This document shows, piece after piece, positions 57,301 to 64,000 of a stretch of 64,000 bases of DNA (positions are counted from its first letter, which is position 1; every line of letters begins with the position of its first letter). The position numbers were made by a program, and so were the translations under genes. The DNA is from Auanema rhodensis. Lineage: Eukaryota; Animalia; Nematoda. The stretch covers positions 248,001 through 312,000 of the forward strand of contig CAXKVF010000079.1 of assembly GCA_964057225.1 (NCBI GenBank), written 5' to 3'. The notes under the pieces are model-generated. The model had not been told where the DNA came from. It saw only the letters and a list, made by a program, of their open reading frames with translations, and made no database searches.

Positions 57301-60300
57301 CATGTCCATATTAGTCTAAAAACAAATTTTTATTGATATTGGTGCATGGTAACCATGACTTTGAAATTTACGTGAACTTTAATTTATGCTAATTAAATGT
57401 ACACGTGATGTGCACTTGGTATGTAACTCGCTTCACGTGAAAGATAAAGAGATGCGGTTTTCAAAATTAGATTCCCCATGTCCATATTAGTCTAAAAACA
57501 AATTTTTATTGATATTGGTTCATGGTAACCATGACTTTGAAATTTACGTGAACTTTAATTTATGCTAATTAAATGTACACGTGATGTGCACTTGGTATGT
57601 AACTCGCTTCACGTGAAAGATAAAGAGATGCGGTTTTCAAAATTTGATTCCCCATGTCCATATTAGTCTAAAAACAAATTTTTATTGATATTGGTTCATG
57701 GTAACCATGACTTTGAAATTTACGTGAACTTTAATTTATGCTAATTAAATGTACACGTGATGTGCACTTGGTATGTAACTCGCTTCACGTGAAAGATAAA
57801 GAGATGCAGTTTTCAAAATTAGATTCCCCATGTCCATATTAGTTTAAAAACAAATTTTTATTGATATTGGTGCATGGTAAACATGACTTTGAAATTTACG
57901 TGAACTTTAATTTATGCTTATTAAATGTACACGTGATGTGCACTTGGTATGTAACTCGCTTCACGTAAAAGATAAAGAGATGCGGTTTCCAAAATTAGAT
58001 TCCCCATGTCCATATTAGTCTAAAAACAAATTTTTATTGATATTGGTTCATGGTAACCATGTCTTTGAAATTTACGTGAACTTAAATTTATGCTAATTAA
58101 ATGTACACGTGATGTGCACTTGGTATGTAACTCGCTTCACGTGAAAGATAAAGAGATGCGGTTTTTAAAATTAGATTCCCCATGTCCATATTAGTTTAAA
58201 AACAAATTTTTATTGATATTGGTGCATGGTAACCATGACTTTGAAATTTACGTGAACTTTAATTCATGCTAATTAAATGTACACGTGATGTGCACTTGGT
58301 ATGTAACTCGCTTCACGTAAAAGATAAAGAGATGCGGTTTTCAAAATTAGATTCCCCATGTCCATATTAGTCTAAAAACAAATTTTTATTGATATTGGTT
58401 CATGGTAACCATGTCTTTGAAATTTACGTGAACTTTAATTTATGCTAATTAAATGTACACGTGATGTGCACTTGGTATGCAACTCGCTTCACGTGACAGA
58501 TAAAGAGATGCGGTTTTCAAAATTAGATTCCCCATGTCCATATCAGTCTAAAAACAACTTTTTATTGATATTGGTTCATGGTAACCATGACATTGAAATT
58601 TACGTGAACTTTAATTCATGCTAATTAAATGTACACGTGATGTGCACTTGGTATGTAACTCGCTTCACGTGAAAGATAAAGAGATGCAGTTTTCAAAATT
58701 AGATTCCCCATGTCCATATTAGTCTAAAAACAAATTTTTATTGATATTGGTTCATGGTAACCATGACTTTGAAATTTACGTGAACTTTAATTTATGCTAA
58801 TTAAATGTACACGTGATGTGCACTTGGTATGTAACTCGCTTCACGTGAAAGATAAAGAGATGCGGTTTCCAAAATTAGATTCCCCATGTCCATATTAGTC
58901 TAAAAACGAATTTTTATTGATATTAGTGCATGGTAACCATGACTTTGAAATTTACGTGAACTTTAGTTTATGCTAATTAAATGTACACGTGGTGTGCACT
59001 TGGTATGTAACTCGCTTCACGTGAAAGATAAAGAGATGCAGTTTTCAAAATTAGATTCCCCATGTCCATATTAGTCTAAAAACAAATTTTTATTGATATT
59101 GGTTCATGGTAACCATGACTTTGAAATTTACGTGAACTTTAATTTATGCTAATTAAATGTACACGTGATGTGCACTTGGTATGTAACTCGCTTCACGTGA
59201 AAGATAAAGAGATGCGGTTTTCAAAATTAGATTCCCCATGTCCATATTAGTCTAAAAACAAATTTTTATTGATATTGGTTCATGGTAACCATGACTTTGA
59301 AATTTACGTGAACTTTAATTTATGCTAATTAAATGTACACGTGATGTGCACTTGGTATGTAACTCGCTTCACGTGAAAGATAAAGAGATGCGGTTTCCAA
59401 AATTAGATTCCCCATGTCCATATTAGTCTAAAAACAAATTTTTATTGATATTAGTGCATGGTAACCATGACTTTGAAATTTACGTGAACTTTAGTTTATG
59501 CTAATTAAATGTACACGTGGTGTGCACTTGGTATGTAACTCGCTTCACGTGAAAGATAAAGAGATGCAGTTTTCAAAATTAGATTCCCCATGTCCATATT
59601 AGTCTAAAAACAAATTTTTATTGATATTGGTTCATGGTAACCATGACTTTGAAATTTACGTGAACTTTAATTTATGCTAATTAAATGTACACGTGATGTG
59701 CACTTGGTATGTAACTCGCTTCACGTGAAAGATAAAGAGATGCGGTTTCCAAAATTAGATTCCCCATGTCCATATTAGTCTAAAAACGAATTTTTATTGA
59801 TATTAGTGCATGGTAACCATGACTTTGAAATTTACGTGAACTTTAGTTTATGCTAATTAAATGTACACGTGGTGTGCACTTGGTATATAACTCGCTTCAC
59901 GTGAAAGATAAAGAGATGCAGTTTTCAAAATTAGATTCCCCATGTCCATATTAGTCTAAAAACAAATTTTTATTGATATTGGTTCATGGTAACCATGACT
60001 TTGAAATTTACGTGAACTTTAATTTATGCTAATTAAATGTACACGTGATGTGCACTTGGTATGTAACTCGCTTCACGTGAAAGATAAAGAGATGCGGTTT
60101 TCAAAATTAGATTCCCCATGTCCATATTAGTCTAAAAACAAATTGTTATTGATATTGGTTCATGGTAACCATGACTTTGAAATTTACGTGAACTTTAATT
60201 TATGCTAATTAAATGTACACGTGATGTGCACTTGGTATGTAACTCGCTTCACGTGAAAGATAAAGAGATGCGGTTTTCAAAATTAGATTCCCCATGTCCA

Positions 60301-60496
60301 TATTAGTCTAAAAACAACTTTTTATTGATATTGGTTCATGGTAACCATGACATTGAAATTTACGTGAACTTTAATTCATGCTAATTAAATGTACACGTGA
60401 TGTGCACTTGTTATGTAACTCGCTTCACGTGAAAGATGAAGAGATGCGGTTTTCAAAATTAGATTCCCCATGTCCATATTAGTCTAAAAACAAATT
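51302..60496. repeat. Block duplication of about 18 monomers, offset 5984 bp (34 monomers): about 51302-54512 vs about 57286-60496
   Basis: GGTAAACAT at 51897/57881; ORF-variant monomer at 52458/58442; TATATAAC at about 53903/59887; AAATTGTT in register. Confidence 0.85.
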
Positions 60497-63400
60497 TTTA
60501 TTGATATTGGTGCATGGTAACCATGACTTTGAAATTTACGTGAACTTTAATTTATGCTAATTAAATGTACACGTGATGTGCACTTGGTATGTAACTCGCT
60601 TCACGTGAAAGATAAAGAGATGCGGTTTTCAAAATTAGATTCCCCATGTCCATATTAGTCTAAAAACAAATTTTTATTGATATTGGTTCATGGTAACCAT
60701 GACTTTGAAATTTACGTGAACTTTAATTTATGCTAATTAAATGTACACGTGATGTGCACTTGGTATGTAACTCGCTTCACGTGAAAGATAAAGAGATGCG
60801 GTTTCCAAAATTAGATTCCCCATGTCCATATTAGTCTAAAAACGAATTTTTATTGATATTAGTGCATGGTAACCATGACTTTGAAATTTACGTGAACTTT
60901 AGTTTATGCTAATTAAATGTACACGTGGTGTGCACTTGGTATGTAACTCGCTTCACGTGAAAGATAAAGAGATGCAGTTTTCAAAATTAGATTCCCCATG
61001 TCCATATTAGTCTAAAAACAAATTTTTATTGATATTGGTTCATGGTAACCATGACTTTGAAATTTACGTGAACTTTAATTTATGCTAATTAAATGTACAC
61101 GTGATGTGCACTTGGTATGTAACTCGCTTCACGTGAAAGATAAAGAGATGCGGTTTCCAAAATTAGATTCCCCATGTCCATATTAGTCTAAAAACGAATT
61201 TTTATTGATATTGGTGCATGGTAACCATGACTTTGAAATTTACGTGAACTTTAATTTATGCTAATTAAATGTACACGTGATGTGCACTTGGTATGTAACT
61301 CGCTTCACGTGAAAGATAAAGAGATGCGGTTTTCAAAATTTGATTCCTCATGTCCATATTAGTCTAAAAACAAATTTTTATTGATATTGGTTCATGGTAA
61401 CGATGACTTTGAAATTTACGTGAACTTTAATTTATGCTAATTAAATGTACACGTGATGTGCACTTGGTATGTAACTCGCTTCACGTGAAAGATAAAGAGA
61501 TGCGGTTTTCAAAATTAGATTCCCCATGTCCATATTAGTCTAAAAACAAATTTTTATTGATATTGGTTCATGGTAACCATGACTTTGAAATTTACGTGAA
61601 CTTTAATTTATGCTAATTAAATGTACACGTGATGTGCACTTGGTATGTAACTCGCTTCACGTGAAAGATAAAGAGATGCAGTTTTCAAAATTAGATTCCC
61701 CATGTCCATATTAGTTTAAAAACAAATTTTTATTGATATTGGTGCATGGTAACCATGACTTTGAAATTTACGTGAACTTTAATTCATGCTAATTAAATGT
61801 ACACGTGATGTGCACTTGGTATGTAACTCGCTTCACGTAAAAGATAAAGAGATGCGGTTTTCAAAATTAGATTCCCCATGTCCATATTAGTCTAAAAACA
61901 AATTTTTATTGATATTGGTTCATGGTAACCATGTCTTTGAAATTTACGTGAACTTTAATTTATGCTAATTAAATGTACACGTGATGTGCACTTGGTATGT
62001 AACTCGCTTCACGTGAAAGATAAAGAGATGCGGTTTTCAAAATTAGATTCCCCATGTCCATATTAGTCTAAAAACAACTTTTTATTGATATTGGTTCATG
62101 GTAACCATGACTTTGAAATTTACGTGAACTTTAATTTATGCTAATTAAATGTACACGTGATGTGCACTTGGTATGTAACTCGCTTCACGTGAAAGATAAA
62201 GAGATGCAGTTTTCAAAATTAGATTCCCCATGTCCATATTAGTTTAAAAACAAATTTTTATTGATATTGGTGCATGGTAACCATGACTTTGAAATTTACG
62301 TGAACTTTAATTTATGCTTATTAAATGTACACGTGATGTGCACTTGGTATGTAACTCGCTTCACGTAAAAGATAAAGAGATGCGGTTTCCAAAATTAGAT
62401 TCCCCATGTCCATATTAGTCTAAAAACAAATTTTTATTGATATTGGTTCATGGTAACCATGTCTTTGAAATTTACGTGAACTTTAATTTATGCTAATTAA
62501 ATGTACACGTGATGTGCACTTGGTATGTAACTCGCTTCACGTGAAAGATAAAGAGATGCGGTTTTCAAAATTAGATTCCCCATGTCCATATTAGTTTAAA
62601 AACAAATTTTTATTGATATTGGTGCATGGTAACCATGACTTTGAAATTTACGTGAACTTTAATTCATGCTAATTAAATGTACACGTGATGTGCACTTGGT
62701 ATGTAACTCGCTTCACGTAAAAGATAAAGAGATGCGGTTTTCAAAATTAGATTCCCCATGTCCATATTAGTCTAAAAACAAATTTTTATTGATATTGGTT
62801 CATGGTAACCATGTCTTTGAAATTTACGTGAACTTTAATTTATGCTAATTAAATGTACACGTGATGTGCACTTGGTATGTAACTCGCTTCACGTGAAAGA
62901 TAAAGAGATGCGGTTTTCAAAATTAGATTCCCCATGTCCATATTAGTCTAAAAACAACTTTTTATTGATATTGGTTCATGGTAACCATGACATTGAAATT
63001 TACGTGAACTTTAATTCATGCTAATTAAATGTACACGTGATGTGCACTTGTTATGTAACTCGCTTCACGTGAAAGATGAAGAGATGCGGTTTTCAAAATT
63101 AGATTCCCCATGTCCATATTAGTCTAAAAACAAATTTTTATTGATATTAGTGCATGGTAACCATGACTTTGAAATTTACGTGAACTTTAATTTATGCTAA
63201 TTAAATGTACACGTGATGTGCACTTGGTATGTAACTCGCTTCACGTGAAAGATAAAGAGATGCGGTTTTCAAAATTAGATTCCCCATGTCCATATTAGTC
63301 TAAAAACAACTTTTTATTGATATTGGTTCATGGTAACCATGACATTGAAATTTACGTGAACTTTAATTCATGCTAATTAAATGTACACGTGATGTGCACT

Positions 63401-64000
63401 TGTTATGTAACTCGCTTCACGTGAAAGATGAAGAGATGCGGTTTTCAAAATTAGATTCCCCATGTCCATATTAGTCTAAAAACAAATTTTTATTGATATT
63501 AGTGCATGGTAACCATGACTTTGAAATTTACGTGAACTTTAATTTATGCTAATTAAATGTACACGTGATGTGCACTTGGTATGTAACTCGCTTCACGTGA
63601 AAGATAAAGAGATGCGGTTTTCAAAATTAGATTCCCCATGTCCATATTAGTCTAAAAACAACTTTTTATTGATATTGGTTCATGGTAACCATGACATTGA
63701 AATTTACGTGAACTTTAATTCATGCTAATTAAATGTACACGTGATGTGCACTTGTTATGTAACTCGCTTCACGTGAAAGATGAAGAGATGCGGTTTTCAA
63801 AATTAGATTCCCCATGTCCATATTAGTCTAAAAACAAATTTTTATTGATATTGGTGCATGGTAACCATGACTTTGAAATTTACGTGAACTTTAATTTATG
63901 CTAATTAAATGTACACGTGATGTGCACTTGGTATGTAACTCGCTTCACGTGAAAGATAAAGAGATGCGGTTTTCAAAATTAGATTCCCCATGTCCATATT

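Larger units (their letters stand above)
1..64000. repeat. Tandem satellite DNA array, 176-bp monomer, about 363.8 copies, head-to-tail, one orientation; candidate centromeric/pericentromeric satellite
   Basis: TAACCATG recurs at 1, 177, 353 and onward. Consensus: TAACCATG(T/A)CTTTGAAATTTACGTGAACTTTAATTTATGCTAATTAAATGTACACGTGATGTGCACTTGGTATGTAACTCGCTTCACGTGAAAGATAAAGAGATGCGGTTTTCAAAATTAGATTCCCCATGTCCATATTAGTCTAAAAACAAATTTTTATTGATATTGGTTCATGG (56/176 G+C). Net phase drift across the window is -27 bp, which matches the 29 one-base deletions and 2 one-base insertions I counted. The array runs off both ends. The satellite call is direct; the centromeric role is inferred from monomer length and homogeneity. 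Confidence 0.98.

Noticed and set aside
58442-58624. Identical 60-aa ORF, third copy
   Set aside because: It lies exactly 34 monomers from the second, within the duplicated block.
1-64000. CRISPR array or other repeat-spacer system suggested by regularly spaced palindromes
   Set aside because: The sequence between palindromes is as conserved as the palindromes themselves. There are no unique spacers, leader or cas genes.
1-64000. Embedded transposon, inversion or unique island hidden in the array
   Set aside because: The 176-bp phase is kept end to end, and the -27 bp drift is fully explained by the counted 1-bp indels, leaving no room for an out-of-phase insertion. I saw no reverse-strand monomers or non-satellite sequence.
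1-64000. Variant pattern as an information-bearing code or programmed diversification system
   Set aside because: The variant order is explained by ordinary nested duplication and recombination of a small set of haplotypes, and no associated enzyme or template is present.

Overview
The whole 64-kb window is one uninterrupted, single-orientation, head-to-tail tandem array of an AT-rich 176-bp monomer (about 32% GC): 363 full copies plus one partial copy. It looks like eukaryotic satellite DNA, plausibly centromeric or pericentromeric, but I cannot identify the species or family. I found no credible genes, RNA genes, transposon insertions, inversions or CRISPR spacers. The three 60-aa ORFs come from one TAG>CAG variant monomer that was copied three times. 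Monomers typically differ from consensus by 0-5 positions, and these differences record the array's history. There are nested block duplications (local higher-order repeats) with offsets of 2, 5, 6, 7, 10, 13, 15, 24, 32, 34, 44 and 71 monomers. Two variant domains (left about 1-30 kb, right about 38-64 kb) are joined by a mixed, variant-rich zone. All 1-bp indels are confined to the first 36.5 kb. The monomer is rich in dyads (CATGGTAACCATG, TTCACGTGAA, CACGTG, GTGCAC, TGTACA), and some common variants extend them. I see no evidence of a new protein- or RNA-based system; the interest here is satellite architecture and evolution. Block boundaries were read by eye from diagnostic SNPs and are approximate to about one monomer.
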